The notes below the pieces were generated by a model. That model did not search any database. It was given only the letters and a program-made list of their open reading frames with translations, and had not been told where the DNA came from. A stretch of DNA of 64,000 nucleotides from the NCBI GenBank assembly GCA_002245135.1, contig NGBS01000587.1, forward strand, positions 124,001 to 188,000, given 5' to 3'. A program made the translations under genes and the position numbers. This DNA is from Proteromonas lacertae. Lineage: Eukaryota. This document shows positions 15,335 to 27,768 of this stretch, one piece after another (within the stretch, counting starts at the first letter, position 1; every line of letters begins with the position of its first letter).

Positions 15335-18300
15335 ATGGCTGAAACTTCTCCAGAGGAAGTGAAAATAGTAGTAGAACCTACTCCAGCTGAAGAAGAGAAA
15401 GAAGAGAGACCAAAATCAGTAATAAAAATTGACGTATAGAGAATTTATATAAGATTCAATAGAAATTTTGTTTTAATGCAGAACAACTTGCTCAACCTAG
15501 TGCAGAATACCAAAATGCATTATTTGATTGGCAAGGTACTAATGGTGGTACAAAGAATCTAAATAATACCTATGGAGGTATAGAGGGACTTGCTGAATGT
15601 TTAGGAACTGATTTAAATAATGTATATAAATAATATTGAATAATATAATTTGCATCTAGGGTTTAACAACAGCTGATGCAAAAGATCCAAAGAGAATAGA
15701 TAGTTATGGTTCAAATAAAAACGAGCAAAGAAAGCCAGTTTCATATTGTTCATTAGTAAAAACAGGTTGTGAAGATTTCACAGTAATTGCTTTAACAGTT
15801 GCTGGTATTTTCTCTATAATCACAGGTATGATTGGAGAAGGACCTGAATTAGGTTGGTTAGATGGAACTGCAATTATTATAGCAGTGTTAATCGTAGTAA
15901 ATGTTGGAGCAATAAATGATTGGCAAAAAGATAGACAATTCATAAAACTAAGTGCAGAAAATGCGAAATCAGATGTGACGGTAATACGAGATGGTGTAAA
16001 ACAGACAATTTTAATCGATGATTTAGTAGTTGGTGATATATTATATATATCAGGAGGAAATACAGTACCAGTGGATGCAATCTATGTATCAGGAGATGGT
16101 ATAAAAATGGACGAATCAAAACTAACCGGTGAACCTGATCAATTAAAGAAAGACCATGAACATCCGTTTATTGTATCAAGTTCAGAATGTTTTGACGGTA
16201 AAATGACCTGTTTAGTGACAGCCGTTGGTCATAACAGTGTGTATGGTAAAATGAGAGAATTAATTGAAGTAGCCCATGAAAGAACTCCATTGCAATTGAA
16301 ATTAGAGCATTTAACAGGTGTATTATCAATAGTTGGTGCAATATTATGTACTATTACAGTTATAGTGATGGTTATTGTTCATGTAGTGAATTATGCTAAA
16401 GGTAATGGTACTGTTGATGAAGAAGGTAATCCTGAATGGACAAAATCCAATTGGTCACAATTAATTCAATTTGTAATTGCAGGTATAGCTGTATTAGTCG
16501 TAGCTATACCTGAAGGTATGCCATTAGCTGTAACTATTGCTTTAGCTTATTCAGTAAAGAGAATGATGAAAGATAATAATCTCGTTAGACATTTAAATGC
16601 TTGTGAAACAATGGGTGGTGCTAATAATATATGTAGTGATAAAACTGGTACATTAACTCAAGGTAAGATGACAGTAATGCAAGGATGGTTCTTAAAAGAT
16701 ACAAATGACCAAAATCAAACTATTTTCTTAAATAAATATGTAAAATTAACAAGAGAAGAAAGAGATGAATTTATTCAATCATGTAAAGACATTCCCAACC
16801 AATTTAGAGAATTAGTTATAGAAGATAGTATATTAAACAATGATGGATTTATTGATAAGAAAGAAGGAAAAGAAGTGCCAGTTGGTAGTCCATTGGATAT
16901 TGCTTTAATAAACTGGTGCAGAGAATTAGGTATAGAATATACAGATGTTAGAAAGAAATTCCCTTTATTAGATTCTACTAGTAGTACAAATAAAGAAGAC
17001 AAATCAGTAGGTATTGTTAGTTCATATCCATTCCATTCAAATCGTAAAAGATCCTCTGTTGCTATTAGATTACCAAATGGTAAATATAGAGTATATGTAA
17101 AAGGTGCTCCAGATATGTTATTGAGATTATCAAAGAATATATTAATAGGGACTGGAGTAGTGCAAGAATTAACAGGATTCTTTGTAGAAGGTCAACATGG
17201 TACAATTGAAGGTGAAGGAACTAGAAGAGTAATAATGGAAAATTGTATTGCTAAAATGGCTCGAACTGGTTTGAGAGTAATTGCTTTAGCTTATCGTGAT
17301 TTTGATGATGTTCCTGATTGGAAAGAAATGAAAGAATATGATGTTGATGAACAGAAAGGAGTTGGTAATTGTCCAGTAGTTGAAGAAGATTTGACATTCT
17401 TAATGTTAGTTGGAGTTCAAGATCCAGTAAGACCAGAAGTTCCTGGTTGTGTTGAATTGTGTCAAAAAGCAGGAATTAAGGTAAGAATGGTAACTGGTGA
17501 TTCAATGGATACAGCTCAATTCATTGCTAAACAATGTCATATATTGAAATCAGGTGGATTAAGAGTAACAGGTGCTAAATTTAGAGATGATGTTGGTGGA
17601 TTAGTATTACCACCTCATTTTGAACATGAATGTCATTGTCAAGATTTATCGAATGATCCTGCATTTAAAAAAGATTGGTTTAGTCCTCCACAACCTGTAC
17701 ATTATCATTATCCTGCTATTGTTGGACATAAAGATGATGCTTATTGTTGTAATTGGACTACTGAAGCTATTTCTGCTAGAGGAGGTATTACTAAATGTAC
17801 AGATGAATGCAAACAAAGAGGATGTAGATATCAAATGTCTGATAAAGATAAGAAGAATAAATCTGCCGAAAATAAATATTTAGTTGTGAAGAATCAATAT
17901 ATATTTGATAATTATTTACATAATCTTCAAGTTATGGCTCGATCAGCTCCAACCGATAAACATTTATTAGTTAGTGGTTTAATGGAAAGAGGGCAAGTTG
18001 TAGCAGTAACAGGTGATGGTACAAATGATGGTCCTGCTTTAGCTAAATCAAATGTAGGTTTTGCAATGGGAATTAGTGGAACATCAATCGCAAAAGAAGC
18101 TTGTGATATTATACTAATGGATGATAACTTTGCATCTATTGTAAAGGCAGTTAAATGGGGTAGAAATGTATATGATAATATGAGAAGATTCTTACAATTC
18201 CAATTATCAGCTGCATATTCTGCATTATGTATGACATTTATATGTGCTTGTGTGATAAATGAATCTCCATTAACAGCTGTTCAAATATTATGGTTTAGTT

Positions 18301-18953
18301 TAATTATTGATACTTGTGCTGGTTTAGCTTTAGCTACAGAATATCCAACTGATAATTTATTAGATAGACCTCCTTATCAACCTGAAGAATCAATTATTAG
18401 TAAGATTATATTCAGGAATATTGCCTCTCATTCAATCTATCAGTTTATAGTCGTTATGTTTTTGATATTTAAAGGTCATGATATCTTTGGTGTTCCTTGT
18501 GGTATTAGACTTGGGCATGGTGCTGCTCCAACTGTACATAAGACAATCGTATTTCACGCATTTATACTAATGCAGTTGTTTAATGAAATTAACTCTAGAA
18601 AAATAAATAATGAGTGGAATGTATTTGATGGAGTGTTTACAAATTTGGCATTTGTTGGTATGGTAGTATTAGAGACAGGATTACAGTTTGTGATTATAGA
18701 AATAGGTGGAAGACCATTGATGGTGACTGGATTAAATGGAGTACAACATGGAATGTGTATATTAATTGGTTTTATGGAATTTATTGTTGCTCAATTATCT
18801 AGATTAGTTCCAGCTGATTGGTTTATGTCAATTGGTAGTAATGAAAGTACTAAGTTGTTTGAACATAATTTCTTGGTTGGTACTAGAAGTAAATTAAGTT
18901 CCAGATTACCTGGAATGGATGGAATGTCCAATGGTGCTAAGAAAATATTTTAA
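15335..18953 (+). CDS. P2B-type (PMCA-like) Ca2+-transporting P-type ATPase
   Basis: ATG at 15335, GT-AG introns at 15434-15462 and 15622-15659. Motifs: DESKLTGE, IPEGMPLAVT, CSDKTGTLT, KGAPD, DPVRPEV, MVTGD, TGDGTNDGPAL, KWGRNVYD, FNEINSRKI. Confidence 0.93.
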
Positions 18954-19592
18954 TTATAATTAAATAAAAACTATTAAGAAGAATATTTTTTAATATATTT
19001 ATTGTTTTTGATAAAGACAATTTAACACTATATTCTTATCTAATATATGAAAGAAATGAAGATTTATTATAGAGTGATGTTTTTTATATGCTAAAATAAG
19101 ATTATACAGCTTTCTTCATTAAATAATCTATTATTATAAGTTTTTAATGGTTATATAATAGAAACAGTATTTTATTACATCCAATTACCAATATTCATTA
19201 CTACCTCGAATTATCAAACCAATATGTCTTAGAATATACTATGCAAGTCAGCGGATATTAAATATTTGTTATATTCCTATTTATATTCCTTCATCTTGTT
19301 TTTGTCACTTTGACTCTATTTTGTGAGTAATACAAAATGAATTATTCTCAACAATCAAGCAACTTTGTTATTTATAGATAAACTAATCTATAGAAACAAT
19401 AAATTTAAAAAAAGAAATTACCAATAAGAGATAATTTCAAAATAATTATGCTATATTATAGCCCAATGTATTATACATATTCTGACAAATTTTTATTTTT
19501 TAATTCTTTATAGTTATCGAGAAAAAACGTTTTAAAATCATGAAAATCACATGAAAGTTTTTTTGAAGTGTAACGGATAAAAATCTATTTTT

Positions 19593-22500
19593 ATGAAGGT
19601 GTTTTTGTTTTTGGTAGTTGTCTGTTTTGTTTGTTGTGATAGAATAAAATTGAGGCAATATGCTGCAGATATAAATCCTATGTCTGAAGATGCTCATTAT
19701 CAGTTTACGACAAGCAGTTATGAAACAACTTTCATGGTAATGTTTAAAGGAGTTTGCATGTATTTTTTTCTTGGTGTTGTTATTTTTATAGTGACCATAC
19801 TTACAAAATCCTATTTGAGTATCTAGGTACTAATGAGACTGTTGAATTTACGGAGAATCTAGCTATGTTTTTTAAATATCCAGGAATGGAAGGATACCAG
19901 ACATTAACAGAATATAATTTTACTATATTCAAAGGAGATTTCACGCCATGTGCAGTTGGTATTATATTTAGCGAATATTTCCGTATATATTCTACATTAT
20001 TTTAATTTTATAAATGAAAATAGCTGAAGAAGATGATAAGGAAGTATTTGTTTTAAGCGACAATGAAACATCAACATATTCTGATGAAACTAGTGAAGAA
20101 ACAGTGAAATATTATAGATATTACCTACCTTACAAATCAGTACAGTATATATTATGTATTTTATCACCATAATAGTTTATCAAAAGCAACTTATATTGGC
20201 ATAAAACCATTAACCGAAGAAAATCCAATTACAGGAATATATGTAAGTTTAACTCAATATCCAGATATTACAAATGACAAAACATATCAATATAAACTAA
20301 CTGAATTCAAATATAATGAATGGAATTATATAAAAATAGATGGAAATGGTGATTTACCTTATTATGATGGTTGCATATATTATATTACTGTTGGTATTAA
20401 CAAAGGAAGTGAATTTGCTATTAAACCAAGTTATGAAAGAGATCCAATAGAATTGAAGCAAAATGTTGATAATGATTTGATTGTAAGTCCTTGGAGTTCA
20501 ACATATGGTGAAATAAAATTACCTAAACAAAGCGAAAGAAATACAGTAATAAATATTGATATTTCATTCGGTATTGAAAAACCATTTGATGATGATAGTA
20601 GTGCTGGTCTCGCTGTGTTTATATCCAATGAATCGCCATATATTAATCCAGCGAATGCCGTTTGGACAAAGTATGAACCAATAGGAGAATCAATTCATGT
20701 ATATATATATATATATTAATATTTTATATTATTCAAATAGTTTGAAATAACCAGTGAAGATGGTAAATTTTGTGATGATTGTAGTTATTATATAAGAATA
20801 GATGGAGCAAGAGATATACAATACGCAATTAATACAAAAGTCAAGTATACAATTACCCATGAAATTGTACCAGTAAGAATAAAACCAGACACAAGAATGC
20901 ATGGATATTTTCATGGTATATCTTTACAAGAGCACAGAGATGCATTTCTCTACATTCCATCTGAATATAATAATGAAACTAGTGGAAAAATAGATGCAAT
21001 TCAAATTAGTGTACAATATGATGAGTTTAGTGAAGAAACTGCCGATTTGTTAATATCCAATCGTTATGGAGATAATCAATTACCTGCTGGTTGTGTTGAA
21101 AAGACATGGTATTTTGAGAATATTTCAAGTACTTTGAATTATTATATCCCAAGAGAAGATGAAGGTTTTTGCACAGGAATTGAATTATTGATTTCATTGA
21201 ATCTTACTAAAGCAGATGGTCATGAGTTTAATTATATTATATTTGGTCATTATGAGGAAGGATTAAGAATCATTAATGATGGTGAAAGTATTAACAATCA
21301 ATTAGTACCTTTGACAGAAGGAATGTTCTATGCAATTAATATGACTGCCATTGATTTAGATACTGATGTTATAGTCCATTTACAACCTCATGTTAATACC
21401 ATGATTAGTGTGTATGTTAGTAAAACTGTATAATTTTTATTTATTTTTTTATATATATGAATAGAGTTTTAAAGATGGTGATATGACACCAGAATGGGCA
21501 ATGAATTGCAGTATTAATGGTAGAAACCAGTTGTTGTTAAAGCATGATGATCCAAACTGGAAAATGACTGGTTTGATGTATATCAGAGTAGATCATACAT
21601 TTGATGATGATACAGCCAAGAAGAACTATACTATTGATATTAGATCAAAGACACGTATAATAATTATAAATGAATTAATTGTTTTATAGCTTTATCGAAT
21701 GAATTACAAATAGATGGAAATACAAAAACTGTATATGAGAATGTGAAAGTGAATAGAACATCATATCTCTATTTCACTTTAAATTCACAAGATATTACAT
21801 CAGTTCAAAGTTATAGTTTCAATTTCACTTCCTTAACAAATTCGGGTATTACTGAATTGTATTTATCAAATACAACTTATCCAAAACCTCATTTAGGCAA
21901 ATATAACTATAGAATAGTAATGAGAAGCAATCCATTTACATTTGATATAACAAGAGATCAACAAGGATTTTGTGAGAAATGTGTTTTATATTTTGCAGTG
22001 AAAATACCAGCTAATGAAGAAGCGAAATTCAATTTTGTTGGTGATATTAATGGCTATGCTGAAGAAATAAAATATGATAAATCAATCACAGGTTCAATCA
22101 AAGAGAATAGTGGTGCAATAGCCTATAAATTTGGTTTGACGAGTCTAGACGCTGTAAATGGAAAACATCCTGAAGTAAAAATACATTTTGGTAAATCAGT
22201 AGATTCTTCCAACTTAATAATAGGAATAAACCCAAAGAAGTTTGTATCTAATCCGAAAGATGCAGTTTGGCAAGGTTTTACCTTAGATAATTTGAATGTA
22301 ACAATTACAATAAACGATCAAGCTGAAGAATATTGTATTGGATGTAATTATTATATTTCTGTTGGATTTCATTCAGCAATAGAAATAAAAGATTCTGTTT
22401 ATGAAATATCATTGTTATGTCCAAATAATGATTGTAACAGTTGTAATGATCCTCATTTTACACCTGAATCTGATTGTAAAGAATGTATTGCTGACTATTA

Positions 22501-22733
22501 TGGTAAAGATTGCTCTAATATGTGTGATTGTAATCATGGTAAATGTAATTCAGGAATATCAGGAGAGTATTTATAATTTATAATTTATATTTTTTAACAT
22601 ATAGTGGAAAATGTACATGCGATGCTGGATGGGATGAACCAAAGTGTAATAAATGTAAAGCAAATTATTTTGGTGTTCAATGTGAATTATGTACAATAGA
22701 TTGTCATGGAAGAGGTGTATGTAATATATCTTT

Positions 22734-22786
<53 letters not shown>

Positions 22787-23400
22787 TGTAAATTCTTTAA
22801 TTAAATGTGTAAGATGGAGCAGAAGGTGATGGAACATGTAAATGTGAAACTGGTTTTGATACAAAAGTAGATTGTTCATCCTGTATAAGTGGTGTATTTG
22901 GTTCAGATTGTACTAGTGAATGTCCAGGTGGTTTATCTAATCCATGTAATCGTAATGGCCGTTGTAATGATGGTATTAATGGAAATGGAAGATGCTTATG
23001 TTTGAATGGATATTATGGTTTAGATTGTAGAGCTGTAGCTACCAATACAACTTGTCATCCATTTTGTGTTGAAGGAAATGGTGCTTGTGATGAAGATAAT
23101 GGTGTATGTTTTTGTTTTGATGGTAATTTCGGTGAAACATGTAGTAATAAACAGTCAAATTCATTATCTGGTGGAGCAAATATCATTTTCTCTTTTTTTT
23201 TTCTTAATATTTCTTTAATTTTTCTACTTGCTGGAATTGTTATTGCTTGTGTGATTGTAGTCTTTGTTTTATCAGCGGTATTTCTATATTACAGAAGAAA
23301 GCCAAGAGAGAGAAGTAGATCTTTTAAAGGTCATAGTAAGAATGATAAGAATGTACTGTTAGAGAATAGAGCCAGTTTAGTTGGTGCTATAAATGTTTAG
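19593..23400 (+). CDS. Type I membrane protein with repeated beta-rich extracellular modules and EGF-like repeats
   Basis: Signal peptide MKVFLFLVVVCFVCC. Repeated CxxC-YYI modules (FCDDCSYYI, FCEKCVLYF, YCIGCNYYI), EGF repeats (CNHGKC, CNDGxxGxGxCxC), a TM helix (IAGIVIACVIVVFVLSAVFLYY) and a basic tail. About 9 introns, two of them U12-type. Confidence 0.8.
22726..22812 (+). other. U12-type (minor) intron with AT-AA termini, 87 nt
   Basis: 5' ATATCTTTTT, branch TTCTTTAAT (22793-22801), ends GTGTAA. Removal gives TGT AAT|GAT GGA = CNDG, matching the next EGF repeat (RCNDGINGNG). Confidence 0.8.
22736..22786 (+). repeat. (AAT)17 microsatellite inside the U12 intron
   Basis: Perfect AAT tract read directly from the sequence. 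Confidence 0.95.
23180..23227 (+). other. U12-type AT-AC intron, 48 nt, in-frame and stop-free
   Basis: 5' ATATCATTTT, branch TTCTTTAAT (23211-23219), 3' CTAC. Removal gives GGA GCA A|TT GCT GGA = SGGAIAGIVIA, a classic start of a TM helix. Confidence 0.85.
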
Positions 23401-24092
23401 TTAAGTAATACAATTACGCTGACTGAATCATATTGTGTTTTTATTGAGTGAATAAATACATGTAGGTTTGATTCCTATGTCAAACTTATTTTTAAAAATT
23501 CAAATTATGAATAACAAATATGATGACTTTGAGCTTACTATTACATAATTTGGTTTATTATGTATAAATTAAAGCCATTTCAAGTGTATTAAACTAAAGG
23601 TATTATATATATTTCAAAAAATTCTGTCTCATGCATATTATAATATTTATAATTATATAAGCATCGCTAGTAAATTCAATATTTACATGAAATAGCGATT
23701 GAATAAACTAAATTATGCTATATAGATTATTTCAGTGAGATGCATCACTTATAATTATTATATTATATCTGACCTGAATCCTGATTATATATTTTATATT
23801 ATTATTCTATAGATTTCACGGTCAAATTGCATATCACCCACAATAATAACAACACTGTTATAATATATATAGAACATAATCGTATATTGTGAAATAGAAC
23901 TCTATAGTGCTTTAGAACTCTCTAAAAATGAATTTATAAACTGTGGGTGTTTGAAAATTTTGATAGGGAAATGCCATTTCCCTCCGAAAATGACTCACAT
24001 TTGATTCAAAAAAATATCCCCATTTTATCATATTTAAATTTCATGTATTAACTCTTTGTTGTTTTACTTTTTTAGATATTTAATTTGAAAGA

Positions 24093-25700
24093 ATGCACCC
24101 GTCACTCAAAGACCGTGAAGATGTATGGAAGGAGGGCTTTAAAAAAGGTATTTCAGCTGAAGATGCCAGAAAAAAGCGTGTTGACCTCACAAATCAAATC
24201 AGAAAAGAGAAGAAAGAAAGTAGATTGTCAAAAAAGAGATGTGTATACTCTTTTTAGTGATTCTTTTTTACATAGCAAGTAAACATCGAGCAACCACAAG
24301 TTTTACAACAAGATGTATTAAATAGACTGAGAGAGGCACAAATCCAATTACAAAATGAAAGTGTTGAATCAAAATTAGCAGCAACTAAACAAATTCGACA
24401 GTTATTATCAGTAGAGAATAATCCACCAATAGATGAAGTTATTGCATCAGGAGTTGTTCCAATACTGATCCAATTTTTAATGAATAATGCTAATTCAGAA
24501 TTACAATTCGAGGCAGCATGGTCACTTACAAATATAGCATCAGGTACATCCAAACAAACTCAGTTAATCATCCAACTAGGAGCTATCCCAGCATTTGTGT
24601 TTTTACTTTCATCTCCAACTTTACAAGTTAGAGATCAATCAATTTGGGCATTGGGTAATATTGCAGGAGATTCACCTGAATGCAGGGATTTAGTCTTACA
24701 AGCTAACGCATTACCATTAATCTTACAACAGATAACAAATCAAGATACACCCAATACAATGAGAAAAAATGCAACTTGGACATTAAGTAATTTATGTCGA
24801 GGCAAGCCACAACCAAACTTTGACATAATTAAACAATCCATACCAGTATTAGCTGAATTAATAAAATTAGATGATAAAGAAATATTAACTGATGCATGCT
24901 GGGCATTATCCTATTTAAGTGATGGTACAAACGAGATGATTCAAGCAGTTATGTCCTCAGGTGTAACTCCAAGATTAGTAGAGTTATTAAACCATACTTG
25001 CCCTACTGTAATTACTCCAGCATTACGATCCGTTGGTAATTTTGTTACTGGTGACGATTCACAAACACAACAAGTTTTAGATTGCCATATATTAATATAT
25101 TTAAAGAATTTATTATCACATCCTAAGACTACTATTATTAAAGAAACCTGTTGGACTTTATCCAATATAGCTGCTGGTAATCCTCAACAAGTTGAATTAT
25201 TATATAAAAATGGAATTATGCCAAGTATTATACAATTATTAAATGCTGCTTATGATATAAAGAGAGAAGCTGCTTGGGTTATAGCTAATGCCACTTGCAG
25301 TGCAAGAGTTGACCAGATTTCAATCTTAGTGAGCTATGGTGTTATTAATTCATTATATTCTTTATTAACCATCCCTGATGTTGAAATTAAAGATGTTACC
25401 TTAACTGCATTGACCAATATACTAAGAGCAGGTAATGAGTTACAGAAGAGAGAACACTCTGATTTTAACCCATATTCCAAAGCCATTATTGGTATAGATG
25501 GTGGTGATAGTTTAGCTAATCTACAAGATCATCCTCATCAGAAGATACAGAAGAGAGTGCAAAGAATGTTAAGAGAGTTCTTCCCACTTGAGAATGAAGA
25601 AGATGATAATACTATTGCACCAGCTGTAAGTGATGATCAAACAGCTCACTCGTTTGGATTGCCAAATGTAGGACAGAATTTATTCCAAGGATTTAATTAA
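24093..25700 (+). CDS. Importin subunit alpha
   Basis: IBB exon (FKKGISAEDARKKR..IRKEKKESRLSKKR), intron 24243-24275, then ARM repeats (QFEAAWSLTNIASG, WALGNIAGDS, WTLSNLCRGKP, WALSYLSDG). Confidence 0.95.
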
Positions 25701-25859
25701 AATAGGTGGTGCATCAATAAATAAATAATAATAAAAATAGATAAATATATAATACTGTTTTTCTGTATGATTTAAAAATAAAAATTTAAAATGAAATATA
25801 GTCGTTTTGAGAGGTGTTTCAAAAATATTTCTTTCAGTTTCAATTGAAATCACAACCTT

Positions 25860-26851
25860 ATGTTTAGTAAATTACGTCGAATATGGCAAGATGCATATAC
25901 TCTTAAAACAGTTTTTCCTTTAGTTAATAGTTGTGAAGAATATGAAAGTAGAGGTGTAAAAGTATAAGGTTTATATCATCTATGTACACATAGTTCTTGC
26001 TTCAAGGAGTTGATCCAGAGTATCTTGAAGAGAGTAAAAGAGTTGCAGAAGGTTTAAATCATGAAGATCCATTTTTAGAGAAGAATCTTGTACCTGAGAA
26101 TTATGTTCAAGATTTAGATACTCATCGAATCATATTAAATCATTTTCCTGCAAGAAGAGATCATGTATGTTAATATAATATCAGTCTATGTAATATATAG
26201 ATGTTAATAGTAACAAAAGAATGTAGACATCAAACAGAGCTTCTAAATATATCAGATTTTAAAGCTATAACAACAATATTTGAAAATATACCATGTTTAA
26301 TCTATTTTAATAATGGTATAAATTCTGGTGCTTCTCAAGGTCACAAGCATTGTCAAGCCATTCCAATTGTTGATATTTCCAATATACCAGTACAAGATAC
26401 AACTCTAGAAATAGATAATACAATAAAATGTGGTTTACCAATAGATGAAATAATTAATAAATATAGAGATAATAACAATGAAATAGGAAAATCATTTAAA
26501 ATAAAAGAATTTCATTTTAAACATGCTATTTGTTTTCATGGTATTAAAGTACCAACTTCTAATATTGATATTACTGCTAATACGTTGTTTGAAATATACG
26601 ATAAATTAATGAAAGAAGCTGATAAAGGAATTGAGAAAGAAAAAGATAGTGAAGGAAAAGAAGAAGAAATTTCTCACAATTTCTTGCTTACACCTGATTG
26701 GATGATGGTTGTACCAAGAAAATGTGCTCGATATAATGGTATTATTGCTAATTCATTAGAGTTTGCTGGAATATGTAATTGGAGATTTGTTGAAGCTATG
26801 AAAGAAGCTGATCCATTTGGTATTATTGAAGGTGTCACATATCCAGAGTAA
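25860..26851 (+). CDS. ATP adenylyltransferase / Ap4A phosphorylase (APA1/APA2-like, HIT superfamily)
   Basis: Two GT-AG introns join DPF..LNHFP..DH|MLIVT to FNNGINSGASQGHKHCQ (HxHxQ motif), HNFLLTPDWMMVVPR and NSLEFAG. Confidence 0.85.
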
Positions 26852-27018
26852 TTAATATGAGTGTAAGTAGTTTATATATATATAGTAAATGTTAAAATAG
26901 AAGTTAAATGATTTTTATTTTTTTATTATTTTTTTAAAATCTTTTTTTAATATATACAACATTTTTTTAATAATAGTATTAAAATAGATTAACAAAATTA
27001 AACAGTTATAATAGTATA

Positions 27019-27470
27019 TTATTCTTCTTCATTAAATTCATCTGACAATATCAACTGAGATTGATGAGTCCTCTTACGTCTTAATGTCAAGCACTTTTCA
27101 TAAATTTTATCAGTGCTTGGTCCAAAGAAATAAAGTAACACTAAAATCAAAAGGAATATTGGGAAAATGATTAGTACTGATGTTAATGCTATAATAAATG
27201 ATTTACAAAATAAACATACCAAATTTAGATTTACACTTACTACAATCATCCTCATAACACTTCTCAGTACACACGCACATTCCTGTTGTTTCATTACAGT
27301 ATCCTCCATTTAAACAGGGCTTTGGTACAGGTACTATTTTGTTCTACAATGTATAAATACAAAAAATGTGTACTTAAACTGCCACTTAAGTCGTGACCTG
27401 CATAAGGTGATAATATTGAGTGACTGCAATATGCCAAGACGATACAGAAAAATAACAGTGAGTATTTCAT
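27019..27470 (-). CDS. Small single-pass membrane protein, unknown function
   Basis: Signal-like N terminus MKYSLLFFCIVLAYC, two short GT-AG introns on the minus strand, TM segment LTSVLIIFPIFLLILVLLYFF. Confidence 0.55.
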
Positions 27471-27731
27471 CTAATAATCAACAAAAACAATTTTTGAATA
27501 AAAAACGGATAAATTTTTGAAACTTAACAACCATTTAATATTACAATAGTTAATATAAAAAATAATAATAAGCAGTTATTATAGCATATGTATGTTTTAT
27601 ATTTATGTTTTACTCACTTGATCTGAAATTACATTTCTATTGTGTTTTATTTCTGATATTTATCCAGTAAACAAGAGAGATTAATTCTTATTTGTCTTTC
27701 TTCTTGATTATTTTCATTATTTTATTTCATC

Positions 27732-27749
27732 TCTCAAACCTGTTTGAGA
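27732..27749. promoter_or_regulatory. Palindromic TCAAAC-NN-GTTTGA element (copy 1)
   Basis: TCTCAAAC-CT-GTTTGAGA lies about 20 nt upstream of the ankyrin gene ATG. The same core occurs at 37489 and 38704. Confidence 0.5.
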
Positions 27750-27768
27750 TCGTTTTTTATTGAAAATA

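Noticed and set aside
312..17883. Many short antisense or alternate-frame ORFs overlapping the FN3 and ATPase genes
   Set aside because: Low-complexity shadows of AT-rich coding sequence with no motifs.
22567..22614. Possible GT-AG U12 intron (TTTTTAAC near the 3' end)
   Set aside because: The 5' site is GTATTT, not RTATC, so it was treated as a major-class intron.
22571..22879. Poly-Ile ORF on the minus strand, and poly-Asn ORF at 46753-46965
   Set aside because: These are translations of (AAT)n microsatellites.
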